From NCBI GenBank assembly GCA_951406725.2, contig OX597816.1:89714001-89778000 (forward strand): a DNA stretch of 64,000 nt, written 5' to 3'. The first letter of the stretch is position 1; each line of letters opens with the position of its first letter. The notes under the pieces were generated by a model that saw only the letters and a list, made by a program, of their open reading frames with translations, had not been told where the DNA came from and did not search any database. A program made the translations under genes and the position numbers. This document shows, piece after piece, positions 1 through 13,989 of the stretch. This stretch comes from Octopus vulgaris (taxonomy: Eukaryota).

Positions 1-59
1 TAGGCCATTAAACCAAACTCAGTAGTTCGTTCATTTTTTTTTTTAAGTTAAATTAAAAT

Positions 60-1010
60 ACATGAGCAGCAACAGTTCTCACATCGACAATGCTCTTCTC
101 AATACGTGTGATGTACCAGTTAAGACAATCTTTTGCACTTCTTGCAGGGATGGTAAGCCAGGGATCATTCTCATATCATTTTCGGTTCCCTTCTTGATCA
201 TTCCTAGTGCTCCTACGATCACTGGTATTGTAACCGCCTTGAGATGCCACATTTTCTCAATTTCAATGAGTAGGTCTTTATATTTTCTGAGCTTGTCAAA
301 CTCTTTCGCTGAGATATTATGATCACAGGGGATGCTCATGTCGATCAATAAGCAAACTTTATTGTTTTGGTCTTTCACAACAATATCTGGTTTATTGGCC
401 TTGATGGTTCGGTCTGTATGTACTGGAAAGTCCCACAGAATGGTTACATTTTCTCCTTCAGTTACAGCCTCAGGGTGGTGATTATACCACTTGTCGGCAG
501 TTTTGATATTGTAATGCCGACTTATTAGCCAGTGGAGATATTGGCCAACTCTGTCATGTCTTAATTTATACTCCACTGGTGCTAAGACTTTACATCCAGA
601 GATTAGGTGGTCCACTGTTTCAATCATGTCGTTGCAGAATCGGCATTTTGGGTCTGCTCCATTTTTCATCACATTGGCCTGGTAGTTCCGGGTTAATAGG
701 CTTTGATCTTGAGCAGCCAGGATGAAACCTTCGCTCTCTGCTTTTAGCCCTGAGCTCCGTAGCCACTGATGGGTTTGCTTCTGGTCAACATCAGCTTGTT
801 TGCTGCGGGTCACATATTTGCCGTGCAGAGGTTTCTCCTCCCACCTATCAGCCAATTGCTCGTGCGCTTTCTTCATTGCCATCATTTTCACCTTCTTTGC
901 AACAATAGTTGCCGTACTTCCCTCGGGTTGTTCAGTTTGGGTATCCTGCACGAGATCAATAGCAAATTTTTTGCTTTCCTTTATGATAGAATGAAGCTTC
1001 TTTCGTCTCT
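60..1010 (-). mobile_element. 5'-truncated R4/Dong-like non-LTR retrotransposon (C-terminal zinc knuckle + restriction-like endonuclease)
   Basis: ORF 79..1233 contains CRFC...ETVDHLISGC, RHD, ILWD, NKPDIVV...LID and K..KY motifs of RLE-type LINEs; the 5' side abuts (TAA)n/(TAC)n. Confidence 0.9.
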
Positions 1011-1052
1011 CATTATTATTATTATTATTGTTATTATTATTATTATTATTAT

Positions 1053-1090
<38 letters not shown>

Positions 1091-1133
1091 TTACTATTTT
1101 TATTATCATTATTATTTTTATTATTATTATTAA

Positions 1134-1199
<66 letters not shown>

Positions 1200-1203
1200 C
1201 ATT
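1011..1203. repeat. (TTA)n/(TAG)n compound microsatellite
   Basis: Read directly. Confidence 0.95.
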
Positions 1204-1415
1204 AAGGTGGTGAGATGGCAGAATCGTTAGCACGTCCGGGAGAATGGTCAGCGGAATTTCGTCCGTCTTTACGTTCTGAGATCAAATTCCGCCGAGGTCG
1301 ACTTTGCCTATCATCCTATCGGGGTCGATAAAATAAGTACCTTTTGAACACTGGGGTCGATGTAATCGACTTATCCCCTCCCCCAAAATTGTTGACTTTG
1401 TGACAAAATCTGAAA
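1204..1415 (+). mobile_element. tRNA-derived SINE, family A
   Basis: Head ggtggtgagatggcagaatcgttagcacg...caaattccgccgaggtcgactttgcc with A/B-box-like motifs; the family recurs many times in the window. Confidence 0.8.
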
Positions 1416-1469
1416 TTATTATTGTTGTTGTTGTTGTTGTTGTTATTATTATTATTATTATTATTTAAT

Positions 1470-1835
1470 GTTTGACTTATTATTTCATGTTTGACATCAA
1501 GAGACAAGTTAGAACTTCATGTTGGTGTTATGCTTAGGGTGCCATATAGTTGGTGTAGTACATAACGTTGTTCTTGAGAATATTTAAGAAACCATAAGAA
1601 AATTATGTTTGTTTTAAAATTTGATATTACATAGAAAGTATTTTGCGTAGGATATGGGAAGTTCCCATGACCACTATCTTTTGATTTCTGCCAATTTGGT
1701 GTTTTCTGGTATCTGAGCTAGGTAACAATCAGCCCCTTTTGCTATCATTCCCAGGGCTCCTATGACAACAGGTATTGTTTTAATCTTCAGGTTCCACCAC
1801 ATATAGCTAATTTCTATTTCAAGATCTTTATACTT
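1470..1835 (-). mobile_element. RLE LINE 3' fragment (R4/Dong-like)
   Basis: SKYKDLEIEI...TIPVVIGALG motif; flanked by (TTA)n on both sides. Confidence 0.8.
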
Positions 1836-1843
1836 GCTTATTA

Positions 1844-1913
<70 letters not shown>

Positions 1914-1934
1914 TATTATCATTATTATTATTAT

Positions 1935-3500
1935 TATTTTGGTTTGGCTCAGGTTCGGTCTTATTCTTGTTATGATTTTTGTAGCTGACGAGTTACAAGT
2001 TTTCAGCAATCTTTCAAGTGCTTAGAATACTCCTGTTAATCCTTGTTGTCCCTACGAGTTAAACTTTCGGTAGGAGCTCTATCGGGCATTCTATTTCAAT
2101 CTCCTTCACAACATTTTTCTATATCTTGGCTTACTGTTCCCAACGCTACCAATTATAGGTGGTATGACTTTTACGGCTCTCATGCTCCAAATTCTTCCTG
2201 TTTAAAATTTTAAGGGACTGTATTTTCTTTTTTCCTGTTTCTTTACAGACATGGAATCAGATAGGCATGATGGGTCGATAAGTAAGCAACTTCACTTTTC
2301 CGTATCTATAAGCGTTATGTCTGGTCTATCATTTTCTAATGTTTCGTCAGTTTGAATAGGAAAGTCTTACATTTTTGACTCGATGATTGTACCATGTGTT
2401 TCCAGCTTCAAATCTCCATTTCTGGCACATTTCCAGTGTAAAAGATTTAAAACTTTGTCGTGGCTCCATTTCGTATATTTTTCCTGTGTCAACTTCAGGC
2501 ATTCTGTCACATTGTGTACCACTGTCTCGTACCAAATTCCACGGGCTCTACATTTTTCTGACACCTTCTCTCCATATTTTTTTCTGAAGTTGTTTGATAT
2601 TGAGATGCAATAATTAGGCTCTCTGTTTCTTTTTGTAATTGCCCTTTTTTAACCAAGCTTAGGATTTTGTTCCACATTCGTCTTCAGTCACTTTGCAGTG
2701 GTTTTTCTTCGATCTGTCTGGCGTGCTTTCTTCGTATTTCATTCTTGTCCTTTACTCATATAACGCGCTTCGTCACCTGTTCTTTATAAACTGTTTTTAG
2801 TATTTTTCTTTTTTTTTAACTTTAAAAAACCCGAAAAACTACTAAAAATAGTTAAAATATTTAGAACACTGGCTGAGCCGGTCCTTCTCTTTGGATCAGA
2901 GACCTGGGTCTCATCGGCTCTCTAAGAAAAAACAACTAGATTGAACATATTCCAACCTGCTCGGCAAGAAACAGAACATCATTTGGAAATCACACCCAGC
3001 GCTTTGTAACTTCTACGGAAATCTGATACCAATATCCCTCAAACTAAAGCAGAAATGGCTACAATTTGCTGGCCACTATCATCGAGTAGAGAAAGAGGTA
3101 ATCTCATCCCTGCTCCTATGGCATTCCTCTGGAAGTGTTTTCTCCAGGAAACTGACATTTCCAGATACTATATCTCGGGACTCAGGACCGTTTAGAGTTG
3201 AAAGAGCTTGCCAATGGAGTTCTGACCAACCGTAGGTTGGTCGAAGGTTGTTGATAAGTAGTTTTTCTGTGTTGCTGTGTAAATACTCTACTAGACTTTT
3301 TCTTTCCATCTGTACATATTCTTATACTGTTATTAAGCCTCTTCTACCCTGGTCTCTCAAGTACACCTGGTTGATATCAGCTTTCGCAAGGTGAGCTTCA
3401 TATATCGTCAACAGCTTCCTAGTTTCTTCCAAGTTTCTTTATAACGCTTTCGGTCCAATCTAATATTCCAACTGCTCTTGAATTCATTGCTTTTGAAATT
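1935..3500 (-). mobile_element. Degenerate RLE LINE fragment, interrupted by an RTE fragment
   Basis: CRARGIWYETVVHNVTEC zinc knuckle, HDKV..LLHW; a GRRGL motif near 3340. Confidence 0.65.
2868..3240 (+). mobile_element. RTE-clade LINE 3' fragment
   Basis: Frameshifted translation gives PVLLFGSETW...LQFAGHYHR...LLLW...RKLTFPDTISRD, typical of the RTE C-terminus. Confidence 0.6.
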
Positions 3501-3529
3501 CAGCTTTGACCGCAATAATTTTCTATTAT

Positions 3530-3862
3530 TGAGCTGACAGCATCGTTATCACGTTGGGAAAAATGCTTAGTGGTATTTCGTTTCTCGCTACGTTCTCAGA
3601 TCAAATTCCACCGATCTTCACTTTGCGTTTCATCCTTCTAGGTTCGATAAATTAAGTACCATTCAAGTACTGGAGTTGATGTGATCGATTATTCCTCTCC
3701 CCACAAAAGTACACGCCTTGTGCCTACAGTAGAAAGGGTTACCGAGGTCGATTTGCTTTTCATCCTTTCGGGATCGATGAAATAAGAATCAGTTACGCAC
3801 TAGGGTCGATGTAATCGTCTCGCCCCCTCCCTCAAATTTCAGGCCTTGTGCCTAGAGTAGCT
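3530..3862 (+). mobile_element. Two degenerate/partial family A SINEs
   Basis: ccgaggtcgatttgcttttcatcctttcgg and gtcgatgtaatcg cores. Confidence 0.7.
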
Positions 3863-3869
3863 TCTTTTA

Positions 3870-6250
3870 TTTTTAAGGGTATCTAGAACAATTACGGTTT
3901 TAGATCTTATAAAAACCCACTACGCATCAAAGAACTAGAAAAATTTGAAGACGATCCTATAAAGTTAGAAATGTAAAATTTAACCAAAAATCCAACAAGT
4001 TCCAATCATATGTAGATATGATTACAGACATACATCGAACCTTTCAAAGCATCAACAAACATGTTAATGATATAAACAACCAAATACAATAACTAACCGA
4101 CAACATAACAAAAACATACAAGGAAACAAGCCCCACCACTTATAAGTCAATTAATGTAGAAGCAAAATATTTAGCCAGAAAGTTCAAATTAGAAGACAAA
4201 GGAGAAAAGCTTATCCCACGAAATCCTTTTATAACCCTAAAAGATCATAAAAATAACTTCACGCAAAGTCTTAGCTGTAGATTAATAAATCCCACAAAAA
4301 GCGAAATAGGAATTATGAGGAAGTTCACATTAGATAATACTATATGCTATATTAGAGCACATTCAAATCTTACTTAATGAATATGCAGTAGTGCAACTAT
4401 CGAATGGTTTAAGAAAATAGAAGATAAATCCAAATGTAAATTTATACAATTCGATATAGAATTCTACTCCTCGATCCTCAAAAGCTTGCTTTAGAAGGCA
4501 CTTGAACTTAGTAAAAACATACGTCAATATAACAAATACTGATGTAGATATGATTATGAACCCAAGGAAATCATTATTCTTTCATGATAATTCCTTTTGC
4601 GCAAAACAAAATGGAGACGAATTATTTGACGTGGCAATAGCGGGTTATGGCAGTGCAGAAATAGCTGACCTTGTAAGCCTTTATATCCTAGATACCCTTC
4701 AAAAAGAAAAAGAAAGAAAGAAAAGAAGCTAACATAGGTTTATATAAGGACGTTGGCCTGTAAGTAGTATACAATAAAAACGGATATGATATGGATAGAA
4801 TAAGGAAAAATTATGCAAAATATTTAGACAGTAAAAGAGTAAAAGAGAGAGTAACTTTCTAGACATTAACATGAATCTTAACACAAGAAAAGTTAAACCG
4901 TACCACAAACCAAAAGAGGTAACCTCGTACATAGATAATGGTTCCACCACCACCAGTAATTAAACCACCCACCAGCAGTAATTAAACAAATGGTTAACAG
5001 CTTTAGCAGGCGCGTCTCCAATTTATCCGCCGACGAAGACACTTTTGAAAAAGCCGCCCCAGATTATAATGCTGCATTAGTAAGATCCACCTTTAAGAAT
5101 AACATATACTACATTGAACCAAAAATACATAGACAAAGAAGGCGCAGAAAGAAGGAAATTTTATGGTTTAACCCACCTTTAGCATGAATATAGGTACTAA
5201 CAAAACTAAAAATTTCCTAAAGCTAATAGACAGCTACTTACTACACTCACACAAATACCACAAGATCTTCAACAAAAATACTGTCAAAGTTAGCTATAGT
5301 TATCTCCCCAATGTAGGGTCAATAATATAAACACACCAGAAACACCCCCGAAAGACAATGCAAATGTAGATCCGCAAACCGCTGTCCTCTAAGCAACAAC
5401 TGTCTTGTGAAAGAATTCGTATACAAGGCGTCATTCAGAGACAAAAATATTAAAAACATGCAAAATCTCTGTCAAATATGATGTGGACATTGAAAGAAGG
5501 TAGAGTAATCAACCCCCCAGATAGAATGGAAAATTATTGCTAAAGCATATAAGTACTGAGGACAAGGTACCAAATGTGAACTCTGTATTACTGAAAAATT
5601 AAACATTATATAATCAACAGATAACATGTTAAACATTAGGGATTAAGCCTTCTCTTCCTGCATACACAAGCAATATTTTGCACTCAGATGCTTCAAAGAA
5701 GAGCCATTACCTGCGACGGTAATCCCAACAGAGTAGCCCCTTTCCTGAACGTGAAATCTGAACACACATAGCACACAAAATACACACACACAAGAAATAT
5801 GCCACAACGATGATCTACCTCAGCACACAAGTTTAAGAACACCACACCCAGAATAAAAACAAAATAATGCAAATTGACCAGACAATTTGCACAAGACAAA
5901 TTCAAAGGAGACAAATATTCAAAAGATGGCTCTGTGTGTGTGAGAGAGTGAGAGAGAGAGAAGGGAGGCGAAGAGGGAGTCAGGTAAGCTTGCCAGTGTT
6001 CCAGCGTGTGCGCGAATTTATGTATAGAACTAGAGAGTCTTTTGAGAGTATCTAGCACAGCTAAGATATGGAAATTTATGAAATTTTTAAGAGTGTCTTC
6101 GGCAAGTTGGGACGAACTATCATAGCTAAGATATCGAAGTTTATAAACATCTTTAAGAAGCTATATAGTATTCTATCTATAAACCCTTCATCGTATTAAG
6201 ATATAATGTCTATAGACATAACAATCTCAAAGTTTTAGTAAATATATTAT
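3870..6250 (+). mobile_element. Decayed Penelope-like element (Nematis-like clade, tentative)
   Basis: Fragmented translation: RLINPTKSEIG, FIQFDI.F, FDVAIAGYGSAEIADLV, WFNPP, KIFNKNTVKVSYS, CELCITEK, SCIHK; many stops and frameshifts. Confidence 0.8.
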
Positions 6251-6330
6251 TATTTATTTTTTTATTTATTAATAGTAGTAGTATTAGTAGTAGTAGTAGT
6301 ACTAGTAGTAGTAGTACTACTAGCAGCAGC

Positions 6331-6362
<32 letters not shown>

Positions 6363-6471
6363 CATCCTATCTATAAACCCTTCATCGTATTTAAGATATA
6401 ATGTCTATAGACAAAACAATCTCGAAGTTTTAGTAAATATATTATTATTATTGTTGTTGTTGTTGTTGTTG

Positions 6472-6521
<50 letters not shown>

Positions 6522-6527
<6 letters not shown>

Positions 6528-8859
6528 TAGTCTTATTTTTATCACGTGCTTTCACTGCACTACCAGGCGCAGGTCTGTGTGCCTTGAGTATGTGCTGTGG
6601 TTTGTTGTAATGCTTTTATTTTTACAGCATTGAAAGTGTTTTACGTAGGATGTGTGCGGTGCCTAGTAGTGCTATTTTCTGTATGTTATATATACTTGTT
6701 AGTCGTTTTATGTATTTGTCAGAATATTTTTTTATCATACCTAATGCGCCTACTTTGATAGGAATTGTTTCTGTTTTTAGACTCCACATTCGAGTTACCT
6801 CCATTTGCAGATCTTTTTATTTTGAATGTTTCTCCGTTTCTTTTGGAGAAACATTGACGGATATAGTTCTTTTTCAGCTATGTTGGTATTTGAGTGCTGA
6901 TACTTCCAAGTGCACCAATTACTATTGGTATCACGACTACTCTCTTCATTGACCGCAACCTTCGTATTTCCCACTTTAAATCCTCATAGATGTTTATTTT
7001 TTTCTTTTTCTTTCACATTGATCCTGTTATCATCGTGTATGCTATGTTGATTATCATACATGTCCTTTCTTTTTTATTCACCACAACAATGTCCGGTGTC
7101 GGGTGATCGCACTGGATCTTTGCATCCCACAAGATTTTACAATTATCATATTCGGTGACTCCTTCTAGACTTTACTCATAGCACGTCTTTGCTCTTTGTA
7201 GGCCGTGATTTCCACAGATCTTCCCATAGATCATTCTTGCTACATGTCATGGCGTCTTTTGTATTCCTGTTGTGCCCAATTTTGGGCATCCACTAAACGA
7301 TGTGGCATACCGTTTCACTTCTCACTCCATCCATTCTGCTTTTGTCGCTATCGGCAGTACTGTCGATTCTGCACTTCATATAGCTGGTCCTTAACGTTTA
7401 TTCCTGAGCTGCACATATGAGTACTTCTGTCTCTAGCTTCAGGTTACTCATCCTCATCCATAGCCAACGGTCCACTGCAACTGTTTTGGCCCGCATATCT
7501 CTTACATTTTCTTTTCCTTCCATGCTTTTGTTTTCTTCATTTCTTGTTTAAATTTTTCTTTCGTTACACAATTTTCAGATTTGAGGACGCTGACCTTCTT
7601 CATGTGTTTCAACAGTGGTTCCACGGCACATTTTATATACTACACTAATCTGTTTTCCTCTACTTCAATACAGTCCCGGAAAATGATCAAACCTCTCCCA
7701 CTCTTTCTTCTGGACAAGTACGGCCTATCGGTGTCACTCTTAAGGTAGAAGACTCCACATGCTGTCAACATTTTTCTTGTCTTAGTATCCATTTTCTTCA
7801 CTTCTCTCTTTTGCCATTTTATAATTCCTACTCTATACCACCCCACACCAATAATAAAAATGATAGTAATAATAATAATTATTATTAATATTATTATTGT
7901 TGTTGTTGTTGTTGTTGTTGTTATCACTAAAGGCGGCGATCTGGGAGAATCGTTAGCACGTCGGGCGAAATGCTTAGTGGTATTTCGTCGACCTTCTGAG
8001 TTCAAACACTAGGGTCGATGTAATCGATTATATCCTACCTAAAATTTCTGGACTTGTGCATATTGTAGAAAGGATTATTATTATTGTTGTTGTTGTTGTT
8101 GTTATTATTATTTTGGTTTGACACAGGTTTGGTCTTATTCTTGGTAGTATTTATGTGTATGACGGGTTACTATCTGTAACGTTAGATATCCACAAGTTTT
8201 CAGCAGTCTTTGAAGTGCTTAGAACACTCCTGATAACCTTTGCTGTCCCAAAGAAGACAAACTTTCTGTTGGAGCACTACCAGGCGTACTATTTCAAACT
8301 CACAAAATCTTACATTTCTCCGATGCCAGTACTCTTTCCATTCAATGATTGCACCATGTGTTTCCAGTTTCAAATCCCCATTTCTGGCACAGTTTATAAT
8401 GTAAAACATTTACAACTTGATCGTACTTCCATTTCTTATATTCTTCCGTTGCCAACTTAGGGCATTCTTCCACAATGTGTGCTACTATCTCGTTCCAAAT
8501 TGCACAGGCTCTACGTTTTACCCAAGTTGTTTGTTTTCATTGCTTGATCTTGAGCTGCTACAGTTAGGCACTCTTTCTTTTTTTAATTGTTCTTTTTTAA
8601 CCAAGCCTAATATTTTGTTCCACGTACACGGCCATGCATAATTATCCACAAGTTTTCAGTAGTCTTTCAATTGCTTAGAACTCTTCTTATAACCCTTGCT
8701 GTCCCTAAGATGCAAACATTCTATAGGAGCTCTATCGAGCATTCTATTTTAATATCCTTCAGCCATTTGTCTATATCTTGACTTACTATTCCCAACGCAC
8801 TAATTATTATACGCAGGACTTTTACTGTTCGCATGCTCCAAATTCTTCTCATTTCAAAT

Positions 8860-8860
<1 letters not shown>
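6522..8860 (-). mobile_element. Stack of 5'-truncated RLE LINE fragments (6522-6860, 6860-7850, 8110-8640, 8640-8860) separated by (TTA)n/(TTG)n, plus a SINE piece at 7925-8075
   Basis: TIPIKVGALG...LLGTAHILRK, GRGLI, DTKTRKML, ILWD, RHD and IIISALG motifs. Confidence 0.8.
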
Positions 8861-8928
<68 letters not shown>

Positions 8929-9035
8929 TCATCATCATCATCATCATCATCATCGTCATTATTATTAATGAATGGCGACATAAACTATAAAGCTAAACAT
9001 CTTATCAAGTAAGCTATCCAGAAACCTATCAAACG

Positions 9036-9089
<54 letters not shown>

Positions 9090-10949
9090 TAGTAGTAGTA
9101 GTAGTAGTATATCGAATTTAACATTAGCAATTTGAAGTATATCGTTGATGACCACAAAAAGGCTAAGACATAGATGTAGCGATAGAAATACTTTGATTGA
9201 TTGACAGATAAGCAGACGGAGAGGAAGGTTTAAAATTACTTACGACTTGGCCTGTAGTCTGTCCAAAAAGAAACAAAATTGATAATATTATATTCAAAAC
9301 TGATTCATTAAAAGCCATAGATTAGAGCAAGAAGCAAAATACATATGTATGTGTATATATGTAGTGGGGAGCAAAATGAGTAACTTTTGATTCCTCATTT
9401 CTCCTTACATGTTTGAAAATCATTACATTGCAAGTATAGCATTACTATTTTCTACTGCTGGATCATTTTTAGGAGTAAAAATGGGTCAGCACAGCTGTTG
9501 TTGTTGTTGAAGTTTAAAGCGTTCAGAACATAGTCAGATAGCAGGTCCCATTTTTCTTAAGAAAATTTTCCTTAATTTTGACCCGATTGGAATTGAGGTT
9601 GCTAATAAAATATCTGGATAGTTTTTGGCGCTTAATAATCCATATTCTTTTCCCTGTTGGATTCCAAGTCAATTTTTTTCCACACTAATATCTAATTTAA
9701 TCATTTTAAAGTTTCAACAGTGATGTCTAAGATGAGTAATTATCGGCTAATTTCAATAGTCGATAAGTACTGCATGGTGTGTAAATATATCAGGAAGAAG
9801 ACACTCCAGCATATCGTGATGAAGCTACAGCGAATATTTTATGTTGAGTTGGGTTTTTTTTTTAGTCGAGTTTCTTTAATTTCATATCACGTGCCATTTT
9901 CGCCTGATCTTTTTTTATTTAACTTTTTTCTTGCATTTCTGATCTTTCTTGTGTCTAGGGATAGCTAGGGATGTGTATGAGTCTCTTTTCTGGAGAATTT
10001 TAACTTTACCTTATCATGGCTTACTCGTTTTGCCCCGGCCAAAGTTGTCTTTTATATACTCAAAGAGAATGGCGATAATTTTCTAAAATAGTGATGAGAT
10101 CGTATTATAATGCTTTTAATGCATTTAGTGAAGGCCATTTCCTTACCTAATATAGTTTTTGTAATGTAGTGAACATTTGTAGAAAATACATTTTGCCTCA
10201 AAGTCAAAAATGCAGAAAAGGCTCCTCGTTGAGCCCCATTACCACCACCCTATATATATGAGAGAGAAAGAGAGAGAGGGAGGGAGAGAGAGAGAGCATA
10301 TTGACGGTGTATTAAACTTTACTTACATGGATTTCCCGCTATGCCCAGACATAGAGTCGCAATTACTACAAATAAAGAATATTATTTATTAGATTAAATT
10401 AAAATCGTAACGATTTTGTTTGGTTATTTAAAAAATTACAAGGATAATATATTGTAAGTGATTTAATTGATTCTGTTAAAGAACCGATATATGTTAGGTT
10501 AGAAAGAAAGTTCTGTCACAATTTTGACATAATCAGTTCGAGGGTACGTTTGCAATACTTACTGTTTAATAAGCTTTAATTTTTACATCCCAATGTTTTT
10601 CTTTTTCTTTTATTTTTGTTTGTTTGTCGATTGTACCATAGTGATCTTTTTTTTTCGTATCGTTTTTACCCCTTTTAAAATTACTTTAGATTAGATTTTG
10701 CACATGTTAGAAACTGCTTACGGTATAAATTCGAAAAAGGCTCTGAGGCAATGGAACTCACTAGAAATATTTGTTCTGTCTGTAAAAATTAAGCTTTGTC
10801 CGGAAATGTCAATAATAGTTTCGTTAGTTTCACTCGAGATTTTTTTTCTGTTGTTCTGTTTAAAAACCGTAGTTGAGGAAAATCCCAACCAAACTGCATG
10901 AGTGTTACCAAAACAATTCAATTCAAATCACTCTTAAATCATAAAATAC

Positions 10950-11740
10950 CTTAATGGACTAAGTAAGAAAAGTATCTAAACTTGGCTGCTGCGACCCTAT
11001 CATCTGATTGCCGCTCAGCATAATCATAGAGTTTCCCTATGCTCGTCGTTAAAGAGTAGACTCGCTGCCGAATATTTCCTGGTAGAATCATAACAAATGG
11101 TGATCATAGGTTTTTTATAACTATATTCAACAAAAATGACAATGGTTAGCACCCAAGGAGAAAGAAGAATCCATCTCCGAACCAAGAGTATTCCCGAAAA
11201 TATTATGCTTTGTATTTAGTGGTAGATGAAGGGTGGTCATCTATCTTAAAGTGTTAAACCAAAACGAAACAGTTAATGCAAAGTATTGTCGTAAACGAAA
11301 GCATTGCACAAAAATTTGCAGTAAAAGCACCCGTCATTGCTCAGTCGTAAAGGGGTGTTGTTCTTACATCATAAAGCAAAACTACATGTTACCCACGTCA
11401 CTCAGGGAAAGGTAATGGCACTAAATATTGAACTTTTGCCACATCCTCCTAACGCTCCTGACCATACTCCTTCTGACAATCATCTTTTCAGATTATTGTA
11501 ACATTATTTAGATGGAAAACTGTTTATAAATTGTGAAGAGGTTAAAGATGTTGTTGAGAGTTTCTTTGCTTAAAAACTGAAGGATTTTCTGCTCGAGTGA
11601 TCGACAGTTTGTAAATAGACGGGATTATGTTATCAATAATGAGGGGAAATATTATGTTGAGTAGATATATCAATTAAGATCAAAGGAGTATATCTTTCTT
11701 TCTTTCTCATCTTGAAATGTAACTGGACTTTTTCCAATAA
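10950..11740 (+). mobile_element. Degenerate mariner transposase remnant
   Basis: Region near 11430-11550 translates LLPHPPNAPDHTPSDNHLF..L...LDGKLF, matching the mariner HPPYSPDLAPSDYHLF motif. Confidence 0.7.
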
Positions 11741-12168
11741 ATTTTGATTCTCCTGGGAAGTTCAAATTTACTGTAGTGGAAATATAATTTAGAGATACAA
11801 AACTAAATACTGAATATGATTTGGCGTTATCTTTCTTCTGCGATGTTAATGTATCAGAAATACCAATTGTTGGGTTTTGTACAATTCTGCAGAGAGTGAA
11901 TGTGAAATTTCATGAAATGTGGGCCATTCCTCAGAGCTTTAGCAACAAGAGGGAATTGTCACATCGGAAAGTCATTACTTTTAATTATTGCATTGATCTT
12001 AAAAGACAAGTAAGCATTTGTATCGCACATCTGAGTGAAGTAATAGAGCAAATGCGGTTAAATATTAATCTGTTATACATATTTTGAGCATGTCATAGTA
12101 TCCGTTCTAAGAACACTTTATGGCACCCACAAATGAAAAAAACATCAATATTTCCACTATTTTAACGA

Positions 12169-12239
<71 letters not shown>

Positions 12240-13989
12240 GACGATAAATTGATGCAACTCCTAAATGTTTGAAACTAAGTTTGATATTTAATATTCGTTA
12301 GTTCATTGCTTTTGGCAGTGAAATTCATCTACATACATTAATATAGAAGAGTATTCACCAGAGTTGCTTATTATGACTCTGCATTATGACTCTAAATATA
12401 ACCGGTATGATTAGCTTGCGAAATATTAGCCAGTTACTGCATGTTCCTACTGTCTAAAGAATACAATTATCATTGCTCGTCATAATTCCTATACTTCCAA
12501 ATTAAAACTATGTAACTGAATCATTTAGAGTTGTCATTGCCAGATACAGCGCAGTGGTAACTTAGGTTAGTTGGAATGATATCCTTTAGAGTCATGCGAA
12601 CTAATACTAATGTGTTATAATCATAGAAATAAAAAGGAATTTCGTATAATATCAATTTATTCGCCAATTAAGCGCGCTTTCGGCCTGAAGCCCCACATAT
12701 TTTGCAAGGTGTGTAAAACTAAGTGTCTTGTAAGTATTGCAAGTTACCTTCTCGAAGTATATTTAATACATCAAGAAGTAAACACGGAATACACTGTCCA
12801 ACCGTAAGTGTCGCAACAGTGCAGCGAAGAAGGAATACAAATTTAGCATCCATTATTCTCCAATCGAAAATTACGCTATATTAATTATCACAATGTATTA
12901 ATGTATGCTATTGTTACAAATCGGTCCTAAAATAGCGTCAAGTGTCTTATTCATAATGTTAATAAATCACATTTGTTTTTTGCTGGGGTAAAGCATTTCA
13001 AAACTAGCATATATATTATAGATTCTCTTAATTTTGTATAACATAAATATTTTAGAATAAGGAAAATCTCAAAACGTATTGTGTAACCTAGACAAATATG
13101 TGTGTGACAGAGATAGAGAGAAGTGGAGGAGAAAAGATGAGACAAAGTCACTACCCAAGAAAGTATGAAAACGGTGATACGTACCAGCAACAGCTGCAAT
13201 AAACGATAGATTCTTCATCTTGGCGAGTTGTGCTGCAATTTTCGAAAACCAGACCTTTTATAACACGAAATACCAAATATAATCAATGTGCATATCGTGC
13301 ACAGATGGTGCATTAAATGTAATAAAACTGAAATGCGTATTTGTGTGGGAACTATCAAACTATAAATTGGGTGTATATGGTTGCAGCCCAAATTTATCGG
13401 TATTTACTGCATATTTGAAGGAAAACCGTGGTCTAGTGGATAGATTGTCGGTTTATTTGGTAATGCAATATTCAATTCCAGCTGAAATAGTGTACTTCCT
13501 ATTACTTTTAAAATAAGCAAACATATTGTCTTATTTTCATTTCATTTTATTTTGTATTAAATCATAATTTGTGATAAATAACGTCCTTGCTTCATTTATT
13601 CACTGCATTTCTGAAGGTGACGAAGTGCCCATATCCTGCTTATTCACTTGCATATGTAAAACGTACATGTTGGTACGTTTATACACACGAGTGTGTTTTT
13701 ATGAGTATATATGTGTTCATGAACACATATCTTTTTACGCACCTACCTGTTTATATGTTCGCATGTTCATACGACCATGTATCCATATACCTCTAAGTGC
13801 ACATTTATACGTATGTGCATGTGCGCGTCTATATGCTTTTGTATGTGTATGTCCATATTTGTATGTATATATGTGTGAGGGGAATTTTTATGCTAAATAC
13901 TTGAATTCCTGATCGAATTTGTCTATAGCTTTTACAAAATTTTTCATGAACCCCAGTTTTATTTGTAGTGGTGGTAGCAAAATTTTGTT

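Larger units (their letters stand above)
4761..13425 (+). repeat. Left arm of window-scale inverted segmental duplication
   Basis: Reverse complement of 47777-59457; mirrored ORFs 4990+/59058-, 6650+/52617-, 9720+/49877-, 10698+/48946-. Confidence 0.95.

Noticed and set aside
1204-1300. tRNA genes
   Set aside because: A/B-box-like motifs belong to SINE heads; no cloverleaf.
6080-6135. Hammerhead in the 3' end of the 3870-6250 PLE
   Set aside because: A hairpin (gtcttcggcaagttgggac) exists but both core motifs deviate.
9100-10950. Host exons in the duplicated non-annotated segment
   Set aside because: Short ORFs look conserved only because of the duplication; no recognisable domain or convincing splice structure.
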